IMG/VR virus record: IMGVR_UViG_3300021197_001620
Span: 1 to 52,348 of that record
DNA: 52,348 nucleotides
From: a virus
Taxonomy: Duplodnaviria > Caudoviricetes
Direction: 5' to 3' (one strand)
Part shown: positions 9,225 to 18,703 of the stretch, in pieces
Layout: each line of letters opens with the position of its first letter
Position numbering within the stretch: the first letter of the stretch is position 1
Position numbers and translations under genes: made by a program
Notes under the pieces: generated by a model
Database searches by the model: none
Seen by the model: the letters and a program-made list of their open reading frames with translations, nothing else
What the model was told of the DNA's origin: nothing

Positions 9225-10112
9225 CTAAATCTCCTTTAACAATTCTTTCAAATCTAAACCAGCGCAATCGATCTTGCGGTTGGTCAAATGGTAGTGGCTC
9301 ACAAAGCCCTCAAATTTGCCACTAGCGGCCTTTTTGCTCACAGTGGTGTTTGTAGACTTTGACCTGTCCAAAGGTGCCTTAAGAGGGATCCCTGTGGCTC
9401 TATTCACTGCTTTCGCAAGAGCCTGAAAGGCTTTTAGTTGTTCTGGGTAAAAACCCGTGAATGGCTTTAATCTTTTTCCATGGACTATTGCATCATCAAT
9501 GATTGGTCTCTCGCCTAATCCTTGCTTAACATACCAATCTTGATGCTTTGGATAGTAAGCGTTGGAAATCTCAACTCCGATAGATTTATTGTTCCATGTT
9601 CTAGATCCTGCGTGATAGGCAACGTCGTTGATGTCCATTGTTTGATAAATGGTTCCATCATTGTCAATCAAGAAGTGAACAGATAGTCCACGATTTTGAA
9701 GAACCTTGAAGCACGACTTAGAAGAAAGACAGACATCCCAGTGACAAACGAAAAAACTTGGCTCTCTCTTCTCGAACACTCGGCGGAAACCTTTGCGCTG
9801 CTTGAACCCATCGGACTCAAACCAAAGATTGACTTTCGGCCACTCGATGTCGAAGTACTCCGAATTATAGACAATGAAAGAGTCACTGTTGTTCTTCGTG
9901 CTTGGCATGAATGTTTCTATCTTTTCTTGCCTATCTGTGTAGATTCTCCGGTAAGTGCCGGGGCCACAAAGTCCATCAGCGGTTAGGCCTTTGGACTTCT
10001 GATATTCAACAATAGCTTCGATGAGATCATCATTAAACCTATTGCACTTAAACCACGAAGGCTCCCAACCCAATTTCTGGGCTGAGGCTTCGTTATAGAA
10101 ATACTTATCCAT
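9225..10112 (-). CDS. endolysin: peptidoglycan-binding domain plus N-acetylmuramoyl-L-alanine amidase
   Basis: YQ...GL.ADG.CGPGT; CHWD, SVHFLID, AYHAG, SIGVEI, SH motifs. Confidence 0.9.
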   Translation of the reverse strand: MDKYFYNEASAQKLGWEPSWFKCNRFNDDLIEAIVEYQKSKGLTADGLCGPGTYRRIYTDRQEKIETFMPSTKNNSDSFIVYNSEYFDIEWPKVNLWFESDGFKQRKGFRRVFEKREPSFFVCHWDVCLSSKSCFKVLQNRGLSVHFLIDNDGTIYQTMDINDVAYHAGSRTWNNKSIGVEISNAYYPKHQDWYVKQGLGERPIIDDAIVHGKRLKPFTGFYPEQLKAFQALAKAVNRATGIPLKAPLDRSKSTNTTVSKKAASGKFEGFVSHYHLTNRKIDCAGLDLKELLKEI

Positions 10113-10115
10113 TTG

Positions 10116-10835
10116 CTACTCCAAAATTTCGTCAACAAGTCCTTTCTCGATTGCTTCTTCAGCAGTCAAATAGACGTTTACTTTACGATTAATTAGTGTT
10201 TGGATCTGTCTTTTCGTCATATTTGTTTCATGACTCATTGCTTGAATGTAAGAGTCTTGCAGTCCAACGGTCTGCTCGAGTTCATTCTGCAGATTGTGAA
10301 TGTCTCCAACTTGTCCGCCGTTTACTGCATGGATCATAACACGACAGTGTTTTCCAATCTTGCGCTTGCCCTTGGTTCCCGATGCTAGCATCAAAGTTCC
10401 AGCGGACATGACCTTTCCAAGACCAATTGTCTCGATGTCGCAAAACTTCTTGCAGAAGTTGATAACATCATAGATTCCGAACATCTCATCTGCAGATCCG
10501 CCATATGTCGAAACATAAAGTTTGATTGGCTCTGCTCGTTCTGCGTCGGGGTCTTTTGTTTGAGATAAAACCAACAAAGCAGAGATCAAATCTGCTGCAC
10601 GGTCTTCGTTGACTTCTCCAACAAACATAATTGAGCGTGCTTCGGGGCTTTGTGCTCCACCTGCTCCACCACCAAGGAGATCCATCAACGTAAGTTGTTG
10701 ACCCTCTTCTTCTTCTACCACCTCTTCAGGAGCTTCTGATTCTTCTGACTCTTCTGATGAAGATTCTTCTTCAGAGATCTCTTCCTCTTCGACTTTCTTT
10801 TTAGACTTTCGTGTTTTTTTGCTTAGATTTCGCAT
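10116..10835 (-). CDS. clpP: ClpP-family protease with acidic N-terminal extension
   Basis: STYGGS, GKVMSAG (Ser), MIH (His), YLTAEEA..GLVD. Confidence 0.9.
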   Translation of the reverse strand: MRNLSKKTRKSKKKVEEEEISEEESSSEESEESEAPEEVVEEEEGQQLTLMDLLGGGAGGAQSPEARSIMFVGEVNEDRAADLISALLVLSQTKDPDAERAEPIKLYVSTYGGSADEMFGIYDVINFCKKFCDIETIGLGKVMSAGTLMLASGTKGKRKIGKHCRVMIHAVNGGQVGDIHNLQNELEQTVGLQDSYIQAMSHETNMTKRQIQTLINRKVNVYLTAEEAIEKGLVDEILE

Positions 10836-11196
10836 GTTTTCTCCTAAATTGTTGTGTTACAAAGAGCTTTAATTGCTCAAAGTTTTTATATCTTATAATG
10901 TTAGTGTGCTCTGTTGGGATATGTTTCATGATCTCTGAGATCTTCCTATCTGCGAATGATTTAAACTCATTGCTGTGCAGTTTTCTCAAGTTGTCCGCTT
11001 CTGATCCTTGAATCTTGTTTGCCACTATTGTGTGTTCCAGTTGTTGCAAGCTGACTTCGTAAGCGCTCATCAACAACAAAGCATGTGTAAGCATTGCGTT
11101 TTCAAGGATTTCAGAAGAGCGAATTGTTGACGAAATAATTGTCACAAGATAAGTTAGAATCGAACCAATCGCTAAAGATAAAACAATATTCAACAT
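10801..11196 (-). CDS. membrane-anchored hypothetical protein
   Basis: Hydrophobic N-terminus; GGAGG SD before ATG 11196. Confidence 0.65.
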   Translation of the reverse strand: MLNIVLSLAIGSILTYLVTIISSTIRSSEILENAMLTHALLLMSAYEVSLQQLEHTIVANKIQGSEADNLRKLHSNEFKSFADRKISEIMKHIPTEHTNIIRYKNFEQLKLFVTQQFRRKHAKSKQKNTKV

Positions 11197-11211
11197 AGCA
11201 TTCCCTCCACT

Positions 11212-11240
11212 AAAAAAAAGAGAGGACAAAGCCTCTCTTT
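11212..11240 (-). terminator. intrinsic terminator after the haloperoxidase
   Basis: AAAGAGAGG-cuuugu-CCUCUCUUU plus U-run. Confidence 0.85.
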
Positions 11241-11241
11241 A

Positions 11242-11270
11242 ATTATAACATCAAACCAAAGGTTTGTCAA
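11242..11270 (-). promoter_or_regulatory. sigma70-type promoter
   Basis: TTGACA-N17-TATAAT. Confidence 0.85.
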
Positions 11271-11279
11271 GTATTTTGA

Positions 11280-12827
11280 TTAAACTTTTATTTCAGTGCC
11301 ATCAAAACCAATGATTGTGATCTCGGTGATTGTCTCATGTTGAGTGTCGCGATGATCCTTGAACCATTGAATAGCGATTTTTTCTCCCAACAACAAACCA
11401 TTGTCTCCATCTGATCGATAGTGTACACCGGCGATGTTACGACCGATTGACATGTTGGAAGCCAACTTGTTTAACTCTCCATGGATAGTTAAGTCACCTG
11501 CATCTGCTTCAGCATAGGCAACCAAAGATCCTCCATTCAGCGAGTGAACAGGAGACAAGCCAGTTGTGGACCAAGCAGCATCTGCGAAGTAAAGTTTCAA
11601 GATTGTTGCGCAAGCACCAGCAATCGTAGCGTGACCAGCAGGATAAGATGGATGAGTTGGCGAGCCTTCTGCATATTGAATAGGCAACCAAGCTTTGTTG
11701 TCTCCACCTGCGGCAACATTCGCGGCCTTAACAGCATTCAAGGTTGAAGCACCAAGAGCGAATAAATCTGAATGGACTGTCCCAGAAGGAAGCGCACCTT
11801 CTGCCTCTTTGACGACTCGACCAGCCATGGCTTCAGGTCGAAGCTTTAAGTGCTTCTTCCATTTTTGAACCCATGCAGCTTTCAGAGCAGGGCGAGAAAC
11901 TTCAGCAACTGCGGCAGCAATCTCAGCAGCACCACCACCGGTTACAAAAGGAACTTCTTTTGCAAGAGAAGGGAATGCAGCATGTCGAGCAGCACCATTT
12001 CCAAGAAGAATTGCAGCACCATACAAAAATGCTTGATAGACAAAGTCAATGTGCACAAACGATCCAAGTTGACGGCCATTATAGATGTATCTAGGAGCTG
12101 AACTAATTGTCTGTGCGACAGGGACGTTACCCTCTTGGATAGACAACCAGTTTGACTCTGTAATTCCATAGACTCCTGTTTTGGTCGGTCCAACCTGAAC
12201 GATTGTCTGGTTTCCAAAAGGAACATCCAATAACATAAACTGACTTACATAAGGACCGACGAGTTCTCCAGCACCTTTACCTCGGAACAAAGTTTGGCGA
12301 GTTACAAATCCTCCATCTTTGGGTCCAGTAAAGTCATCACCAAAAGCGTTGAGGTTTGCAACTGCCCTGTCAGCGCCGGTGATAGAGGCTGATCCGTTTA
12401 ATTCGTGAAACGGGATATCACGAAGAAGATTTTTTTCGTAAACCTCAACCATTTCAGCAGCAGCGACTCTAGAGTTCATTGCTGGTGCTTTATCAAAGCT
12501 TACACCTTCAGGGTCTGCTCCAGACAACTCGATTGAAAGAGCTGCTTGAGGGCTTACTTGTTTTCGAACGCCTGCTTGATCAAGGGCGTCAAAATAGCTT
12601 TGTTCTCCAGTTTCGAGTCCAAGAATCAAAGTTGTAATAGAAGAAAGTTCAGCGACACCAGTTACTAGGTCGTGAGTCATTCCTTTTGCATAAAGAGCCG
12701 CAGTGTTTAGGTTCACCAAATCGTCACTTTTGATCTGATCAGGGTCAACATCGCGGGATCTGAATGCTGCTTGCAAGCCTCTTGTATCTCGAATTACTTG
12801 CGGTATGTTTTTTATAAATTTTTTCAT
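11280..12827 (-). CDS. vanadium-dependent haloperoxidase (bromo/iodoperoxidase-like)
   Basis: QKW..H..LRPEA, AEGSPTHPSYPAGHA and GELNKLA.N..IGRN.AGVHY.SD vanadate-binding motifs; 515 aa. Confidence 0.92.
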   Translation of the reverse strand: MKKFIKNIPQVIRDTRGLQAAFRSRDVDPDQIKSDDLVNLNTAALYAKGMTHDLVTGVAELSSITTLILGLETGEQSYFDALDQAGVRKQVSPQAALSIELSGADPEGVSFDKAPAMNSRVAAAEMVEVYEKNLLRDIPFHELNGSASITGADRAVANLNAFGDDFTGPKDGGFVTRQTLFRGKGAGELVGPYVSQFMLLDVPFGNQTIVQVGPTKTGVYGITESNWLSIQEGNVPVAQTISSAPRYIYNGRQLGSFVHIDFVYQAFLYGAAILLGNGAARHAAFPSLAKEVPFVTGGGAAEIAAAVAEVSRPALKAAWVQKWKKHLKLRPEAMAGRVVKEAEGALPSGTVHSDLFALGASTLNAVKAANVAAGGDNKAWLPIQYAEGSPTHPSYPAGHATIAGACATILKLYFADAAWSTTGLSPVHSLNGGSLVAYAEADAGDLTIHGELNKLASNMSIGRNIAGVHYRSDGDNGLLLGEKIAIQWFKDHRDTQHETITEITIIGFDGTEIKV

Positions 12828-12838
12828 TTTATCTCCAT

Positions 12839-12865
12839 AAAAAAATGGAGGGCCTTGCCCTCCAT
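12839..12865 (-). terminator. intrinsic terminator
   Basis: AUGGAGGGC-aag-GCCCUCCAU plus U-run, directly before the haloperoxidase RBS. Confidence 0.85.
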
Positions 12866-12894
12866 CGAATTGTTATTGATTGAATGTCAGAATT

Positions 12895-13422
12895 TTACTT
12901 ACGACGACCCAATGCTTTGTTTAATTTTGCTTCATGCAACTTGGCAGTCTTAAGACGACGAGCGACACGTTGAGCAACTTCATTTACAATCTCGCTTTGA
13001 GAAGGTTCATAAGAAACTCCTCGCAAGGCTTCCATGATGTCAGACTCAAGATCTGCATCTTCCTCTTCTTCACCAGCCATAGGCTCCATGTCATCCATGG
13101 CTCCCATCTCTTCTTCTCCTTCTCCAGCATCACCGGGAAGGATTTGATTCAACAAGTCCAATGCACTTTCCAGACCTGCTTTCGCATCTTGGATTTCTGA
13201 CTCTGGTACTTCTGCCATTGCATCGCCCATTTCATCGTCCATTGGTGCTTCAGCATCAAGATCAGCATCTGCTTCACCTTCAGGTGCGCCCATGTCGTCA
13301 CCAGCAGGAGCCATATCGGCTTCTACTTCTTCTTCGTTCATGTACATTTCATTGATTGGAGCAACATTCGCCAATTTCTGGAATCGTCGAACAACTGCTT
13401 CGTTTAAAGTTTTTTTAGCCAT
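12895..13422 (-). CDS. acidic low-complexity protein, likely head scaffold/core-like
   Basis: D/E/M/A-rich disordered core between basic helices (LNEAVVRRF / VNEVAQRVARRL); CTATTTA upstream. Confidence 0.6.
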   Translation of the reverse strand: MAKKTLNEAVVRRFQKLANVAPINEMYMNEEEVEADMAPAGDDMGAPEGEADADLDAEAPMDDEMGDAMAEVPESEIQDAKAGLESALDLLNQILPGDAGEGEEEMGAMDDMEPMAGEEEEDADLESDIMEALRGVSYEPSQSEIVNEVAQRVARRLKTAKLHEAKLNKALGRRK

Positions 13423-13459
13423 AATTTGGTCTCCTTAAAATAAAAAACGTTTTTCCCTT

Positions 13460-13466
13460 TAAATAG
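13460..13466 (-). promoter_or_regulatory. putative late promoter CTATTTA
   Basis: Intergenic copy of the motif. Confidence 0.5.
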
Positions 13467-13497
13467 GTGGGCAAACCATAAAAAGACATCCTGAAAC

Positions 13498-13827
13498 CTA
13501 AATTTCGGGATGATCTTCTTCAATAATGTCAAAAATGTCTTCGATATCATCACCAGACAATCCAAGCTCGTGGAGCATTTCATCGGCAACTTCTCTATCT
13601 TTTTTTGCAGCCTTAACAGATTTCTTTGAATGTTTCTCGCTGTGTTCTTTGTAGAAGTCGATGAACTGATCCATAATTGGATTTTCAGATAGGACACCAT
13701 CAGCACAAACACGAACAAACTCAGACATGCTCATGCGATGAAAGTCTAGTTTGACCTTTAGGTCCATGTGTTGCTTTTCATCCATATAGATGTAGATTCG
13801 TTTAACCGTGTTTTTCTTCTCAGACAT
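13498..13827 (-). CDS. ribbon-helix-helix-like DNA-binding protein
   Basis: KRIYIYMDE..H..LK.......SMSEFVR pattern. Confidence 0.6.
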   Translation of the reverse strand: MSEKKNTVKRIYIYMDEKQHMDLKVKLDFHRMSMSEFVRVCADGVLSENPIMDQFIDFYKEHSEKHSKKSVKAAKKDREVADEMLHELGLSGDDIEDIFDIIEEDHPEI

Positions 13828-13828
13828 T

Positions 13829-14257
13829 TTATTTTCCTGTGCTTCCATAGCCGCCAAAGCCACGCTCTGTTGGTGTTAGCTTATCAGCCTCAACAAAGTC
13901 AATTCTTGGGTAAGGCATAATAACTAGTTGACCGACTCGATCTCCAATTTCATATTCCTTTGCGTAAGGCGATAACGTGTATTTCAACATAATCTCGCCT
14001 CGATAACCTGAATCAATAACTCCCACGCAGTTCGTAAGAGTCTGTCCGGTCTTGTAAACCGACGACCTAGGGAACAACAAGGCAACATGCCAAGGTGGAA
14101 GCTCGATGGCAAGACCAGTCTTGTAGGTCAACGTGCCACCGTCAGCAACAACACCAACTGCAGTCAGGTCAAGCCCAGCATCGCCGGGCTTAGCATATTG
14201 TGGAATGATGGCATCAGGATGTAGTTTCTTAATCTTGACTTTCAACATCTTCCTCAC
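13829..14257 (-). CDS. dut: trimeric dUTPase
   Basis: AGLDL, PRSS, GVIDSGYRGE, GDRVGQL, RGFGGYGSTG. Confidence 0.97.
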   Translation of the reverse strand: MRKMLKVKIKKLHPDAIIPQYAKPGDAGLDLTAVGVVADGGTLTYKTGLAIELPPWHVALLFPRSSVYKTGQTLTNCVGVIDSGYRGEIMLKYTLSPYAKEYEIGDRVGQLVIMPYPRIDFVEADKLTPTERGFGGYGSTGK

Positions 14258-14513
14258 CTGTGTTTTGATCTAAGTCGGACGCATCTTCACCTTTTTCTTG
14301 AAGAACTTTGACTAACGAGTCGAACTTTACGAACGACTGTTGTAAAGCGTTCATTGATGTTTGCATCTCTTCTTTGGTCATGTCCTCATAGTCTTCTCGC
14401 TCATATGACTCAAGATAGGCGTTGAAGCATTGACTGATTGCATATGCTGCAATCGCAAGATCACCATTTGTCAACAATGGTGTATCAGTATTTTGTTCAT
14501 TTGTCACTTCCAT
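14229..14513 (-). CDS. hypothetical protein
   Basis: ORF in operon. Confidence 0.65.
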   Translation of the reverse strand: MEVTNEQNTDTPLLTNGDLAIAAYAISQCFNAYLESYEREDYEDMTKEEMQTSMNALQQSFVKFDSLVKVLQEKGEDASDLDQNTGEEDVESQD

Positions 14514-14514
14514 T

Positions 14515-14718
14515 TTAGTCTCCTTGTGTTAGTGAAATTGATGGCGCACGTTGGATGTAATCAACTGCGCTTTGTATGTTTGTAAATTGTGTAGTGATCG
14601 GCTTGTCTCCACTCATAAGAATAATGATGTGGTGACCAGATCTCTTGATGGACGTAATGTTGTCTACATTGATTGCAATGTCCACATCTTCGTAACTTCT
14701 AAGTTGTATAAATCTCAT
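14515..14718 (-). CDS. FlbD-like small protein
   Basis: MRFIQL.....IAINVDNITSI.....II.MSG pattern. Confidence 0.55.
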   Translation of the reverse strand: MRFIQLRSYEDVDIAINVDNITSIKRSGHHIIILMSGDKPITTQFTNIQSAVDYIQRAPSISLTQGD

Positions 14719-14912
14719 TTTGACTCCAAGTATCTTATTGCCTCATCGGCTTCGGTTATCACTTTTGTAAGTTTGATAATCTCTTCTACAATGTCTGGAT
14801 GTTGTCCAACACCGGAATAGCCCGTAAGGTAAACATCAAGGTTTGCTTCGGCACGAGCCTTCACCGCTTCGTAGTGAAGCAGTGCGGCTTGAATTAAAGA
14901 GTCTCCTGTCAT
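14715..14912 (-). CDS. hypothetical phage protein
   Basis: ANL.VYL....GVGQHPDI motif; ATGA-coupled. Confidence 0.7.
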   Translation of the reverse strand: MTGDSLIQAALLHYEAVKARAEANLDVYLTGYSGVGQHPDIVEEIIKLTKVITEADEAIRYLESK

Positions 14913-15229
14913 TGTCCAACTCCCTTGCCTTTTAGTGCCTCGACCATGTCAATTAATTGAGACATGTCCGTGTCGTCTTTTGCAAGTCGGTAAGCCTTGA
15001 CTGCAAGAGAGATCTCTCCTTTTGTAAGCCAACCGTTCTCGACATAGTTTGCCTTCAGGTCGCGCTTCTGGTCTTTGTAGGGCTCCATAGCATCCTCAAG
15101 AGACTTCATGCTCTCAAGATATTCCGCCATGTGCTCTTCTGTTGTCTTTGCATCATCCGCCTTCTGCACGATTGCGATCTGATCCATTGGTGTTGTGGCA
15201 TTGATGCCTTGTACGAATTCAAAACTCAT
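14909..15229 (-). CDS. GapR/DsbA-like dsDNA-binding protein
   Basis: Coiled coil, then K.DLK..Y...G.....I..AVK pattern; own promoter. Confidence 0.5.
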   Translation of the reverse strand: MSFEFVQGINATTPMDQIAIVQKADDAKTTEEHMAEYLESMKSLEDAMEPYKDQKRDLKANYVENGWLTKGEISLAVKAYRLAKDDTDMSQLIDMVEALKGKGVGQ

Positions 15230-15260
15230 AATTCCTCCGTTGTTGTTTTGATTATAATGT

Positions 15261-15289
15261 ATTATAACATGTTAAAGTTCATCTGTCAA
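15261..15289 (-). promoter_or_regulatory. sigma70-type promoter
   Basis: TTGACA-N17-TATAAT within the 3' end of the MTase gene. Confidence 0.85.
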
Positions 15290-16222
15290 GTATTTTTTGC
15301 AATATAGATAAACGATTTCTTCTTTGGACACGCAAGTTGCCCCTGTTGAATACTTGTAGATACTCTCATAGTCAAGCGATCTCAAGCGTTTTGTCAACTC
15401 TTCTTTGGTTAATTCATCGTTGTCGATGTTGATGAACCGATGTGTTCTTGTGCTCCTTGAATTAAAGTTCTTTGGATGCACTTTTCCAACACCACTTCCA
15501 TGGGTGCAAATAGCGATGTCAACGCCTTTTGGAACATCGGCAGGGCGTTGACTAAAGGAGTCCTTTAAAAGGCCTACAATCTCCTTACGGAGCCCTTTAT
15601 CGAGACCTTTCGCAATTATTTGAGACGCAATAGATTCAAAGGTCACCTCAGACGTTGTTGCAAACGAGAAGTCTGAACAAGATGTCCGCTTCTTAGGATC
15701 AACCCTTAATTCAGCGCGTCTTTCCCACACTTGAAAAACCGTCGAAACGACTTTGCCGTCACGTTCGAATCTGAAGGTTTCATCCAATAGATCTTCTTGG
15801 TGGATCAAGTGTAGGTGTGGATCGATCTGGCGTATCTGAGTTATCTTTGCCATTGAGGCAGGAAGGATGAAAGCGATGTAGTCTCCAGTCTTTGCGCAAT
15901 GGTTCATGAATGCTTTCGCAAGTTTGCCCATACGTCCAAATGGTGGGTTTCCAACATAGAGAGTCTTTCCTTTGACCTCGCCAACATCATAAGTCAGCCA
16001 GTCGTCGATTTCTTGCACAGAGTCGTGCATTGGTTCAATGTCATAAGCCTCGTCGACTTGCAGTCCGATGTCTAGCCATGCACCATCGCCAGCACTTGGC
16101 TCTATGGTTCGTGTTATGGTTGGATACCATTCTTGCCATCGTAGCCACTCTCCTAGTCTTCTTGCTGTTTCATAGTTCGTGAAGAACTGTTCGTTGTTAA
16201 TGTTTTTACGCTGCGTTGTCAT
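15272..16222 (-). CDS. N6-adenine DNA methyltransferase (gamma-type motif order)
   Basis: QFFT (motif X), IEPSAGDG (motif I), GNPPFG (motif IV). Confidence 0.88.
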   Translation of the reverse strand: MTTQRKNINNEQFFTNYETARRLGEWLRWQEWYPTITRTIEPSAGDGAWLDIGLQVDEAYDIEPMHDSVQEIDDWLTYDVGEVKGKTLYVGNPPFGRMGKLAKAFMNHCAKTGDYIAFILPASMAKITQIRQIDPHLHLIHQEDLLDETFRFERDGKVVSTVFQVWERRAELRVDPKKRTSCSDFSFATTSEVTFESIASQIIAKGLDKGLRKEIVGLLKDSFSQRPADVPKGVDIAICTHGSGVGKVHPKNFNSRSTRTHRFINIDNDELTKEELTKRLRSLDYESIYKYSTGATCVSKEEIVYLYCKKYLTDEL

Positions 16223-17117
16223 TTATACTCTCCTCTAAGATTGCTGCTAATTGTGGACACCTTTTCATGAAATCTTCCTCTTCCATTTGAGCAAAGTCAA
16301 TGTTGAATGAAAAAAGTTCTTTGATCAGTCCTCGCTTGCACAAGACAGGCAGGAATGCTTTGTCGATTTTGATCCCTCTTGTAAACGAAGTGCTTGCAGC
16401 ATCCTCGCCATCTTTCTTTTTCTTCTTCTTTTCTCTGTTAATCAGGACGATCAATTGTCTCTCTAAACCACTAGACTTGGTCATATCTGATTTGTCTTTT
16501 AGGTTTGAACCATGAAACACCAGTTGACCAGCTTCTTCGGCTTCTTCTTCGGAAGCTTCGAATAGATCGGTAAACTTTGAAATCTTACCTTCGGCTAAAT
16601 AGACATGACACTTCTGATGTTTTGGAGAAAAAGTCAGCAACAAAACTTGACCGAAGTCTGGGTGATTGCCAGTAACTACTCCATTGTAAACAGAGCCGTC
16701 TGCGTCATTGTGTAGGTAAATTTGATTAACACCATCGCTTGTGGAGGTCTTGAAACTCTCGGCATCCACCAAAGTCAAAAGACTACCATCAATTTTGAAT
16801 AGGTAAACATCTGCAGATGACACAATGGTGTCGGATGTTTTCACCACCTTTTTGAATTCTTTGAAGTCAGAAGCTCCTACTAAACTAAAGTCAAATTCGA
16901 ATCCTCGATTGATGGATCTCTCGATTGATTTGTTGGTCAAGCAGACAAAGCCTAAGCCTTGCTGATCAAGAACTTCGTTCGAGAACTGTTCGGCATTCAT
17001 CTCGACCATAACACCACCTGCTTGCGCAGAGTCTGTGGCTACTTTTGGGATGATTGCGTTCTCCAGTGCTCTTTTGAATATACTCATGTTGTTCATAAAT
17101 AAGGTTGATAATTTCAT
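16206..17117 (-). CDS. hypothetical protein, possible PD-(D/E)xK restriction endonuclease
   Basis: Overlaps the MTase gene; SAD...(x14)...ESFKT candidate catalytic motif. Confidence 0.4.
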   Translation of the reverse strand: MKLSTLFMNNMSIFKRALENAIIPKVATDSAQAGGVMVEMNAEQFSNEVLDQQGLGFVCLTNKSIERSINRGFEFDFSLVGASDFKEFKKVVKTSDTIVSSADVYLFKIDGSLLTLVDAESFKTSTSDGVNQIYLHNDADGSVYNGVVTGNHPDFGQVLLLTFSPKHQKCHVYLAEGKISKFTDLFEASEEEAEEAGQLVFHGSNLKDKSDMTKSSGLERQLIVLINREKKKKKKDGEDAASTSFTRGIKIDKAFLPVLCKRGLIKELFSFNIDFAQMEEEDFMKRCPQLAAILEESINDNAA

Positions 17118-17144
17118 AAATCCTCCGTGATTGATTATGTTTAT

Positions 17145-17173
17145 AATATAACATGCCCAAGACGATTTGTCAA
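17145..17173 (-). promoter_or_regulatory. sigma70-type promoter
   Basis: TTGACA-N17-TATATT. Confidence 0.8.
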
Positions 17174-17201
17174 GGGCATGAAGTCATTTTTTTTGAGATT
17201 T

Positions 17202-18635
17202 TTATTTGAGTGCTCGATAGATAGCAATCATGTTTTTTCTAGTTGGATGGGTTTCAACGGTCTTTTGTTTCGTCCAATTTGGAATTGACTTTGAAAAGTA
17301 ATTTCCACTAGACATTTTAAACTCAGAGCCTGGTGTGACCTTTTCTACAATAGACACAATCTCTGGTTCAGTAAAGTAAATTGGATTTCCCTTCTCGAAA
17401 CTTCTCGGCTGAAATCCGATCTTTTCAGAAATAGCCAAATAGGCTGAATGGTGGTTTTTAAACTTTTGTCTGTTGGCAGCAATGGTTGGCTTAGATGTCA
17501 AAGACTTAATTGATTTCCGGAAATCAATGCCTTTATCATCAACAAATGTTTTTAAAATATTGTCCCATGTGTAAATAAGGAGTGTTTTTTCTACAAATTT
17601 GCCATCTCCGGATTTAAACTGGGGCATAAATGCAACCTTCCTAACAACACAATTAATCCACGGGTTACTATAATCATAGATGTTTTCAATCTTGAGAGTT
17701 TCAAGTTGATTCAACCTATGTTGATTTAGAGACTCGAGATCTGCTGTGGATTTAGCGACATACATTATTGCATCAATCTGGCCTTGATTGGGCGGAACGA
17801 ATTTTGTTTCCGCTACAAGACTTAGTCTCTTTCTTGTTGCGCCCTTTAAGACCTTAGTCATTGCATTGGTTGACGATGCTGCTATAAAAGCACCATTTGT
17901 CCAGCCGTTTAATTGCTCAGTAGAAACATTAAAGAAAGCCTGTGCTTTTTCGTAGATTTCATTTTTTGTTACCGAAGCAATGACATCTACTTTGAAATCA
18001 TCTTGAAATGCTTTAGTCACAATCTCTTCTTTCGCACTAGTTTGAAATTGATATCCCAACTCTGTTAATTTATCATAAGCCTCTTGACGAATAGCTTTGT
18101 GTTCGGTTGAATCCTTGACCCTTGTTTCCCAGTTGTTATAATTTCTGGCTTTGCGGGCTTGTAAATTCATTATAGCATCTTCTTTTGAAGCAATCTTTTG
18201 TGCTCGATGTTTGTTGTTTTCAATTTCTTTGAAATCATGCATCATCTCTTCATTGTCAAATTCTACAACGATGCAGGGAATAAGACTTTGCTCTTCATCA
18301 TTTTCTATAGAAATTTCATGAATAGCTTCTGTTCTATGGTGGCCTGTAACTTTACGGAATATTGGAACCATAGAATCCCAAATCACAATAACTGCTTCAG
18401 ATAGACCTGATGCTTCGATTTGTTGTTTTATTTTTTGCTTATGTCCTTTGTCCAGATCTTTGGCTCTGACTTGACCTGATCGATCTTTGGAGATCTTATC
18501 ATAGTCAATCATTGCACCGCAGATGACTCTAGCATCACTATTTTCCTCAAAGTAATCTAGATCGTTTGAATAGTTTTTTGAAATGTCGAAAACTGACTCT
18601 ACGTTGGATAGGGCATTTAATTCTTGTTTTGTCAT
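17202..18635 (-). CDS. ParB/Srx-like N-terminal domain protein
   Basis: I...GL..AVIV......VTGHHR..AI.......IPCIV. Confidence 0.6.
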   Translation of the reverse strand: MTKQELNALSNVESVFDISKNYSNDLDYFEENSDARVICGAMIDYDKISKDRSGQVRAKDLDKGHKQKIKQQIEASGLSEAVIVIWDSMVPIFRKVTGHHRTEAIHEISIENDEEQSLIPCIVVEFDNEEMMHDFKEIENNKHRAQKIASKEDAIMNLQARKARNYNNWETRVKDSTEHKAIRQEAYDKLTELGYQFQTSAKEEIVTKAFQDDFKVDVIASVTKNEIYEKAQAFFNVSTEQLNGWTNGAFIAASSTNAMTKVLKGATRKRLSLVAETKFVPPNQGQIDAIMYVAKSTADLESLNQHRLNQLETLKIENIYDYSNPWINCVVRKVAFMPQFKSGDGKFVEKTLLIYTWDNILKTFVDDKGIDFRKSIKSLTSKPTIAANRQKFKNHHSAYLAISEKIGFQPRSFEKGNPIYFTEPEIVSIVEKVTPGSEFKMSSGNYFSKSIPNWTKQKTVETHPTRKNMIAIYRALK

Positions 18636-18703
18636 TATAACTCCTTGGTTTTTGACTTAATGTTCCTCGCCTCACTTCAGTGAGGTCTTACTGGGATGTT
18701 TAT

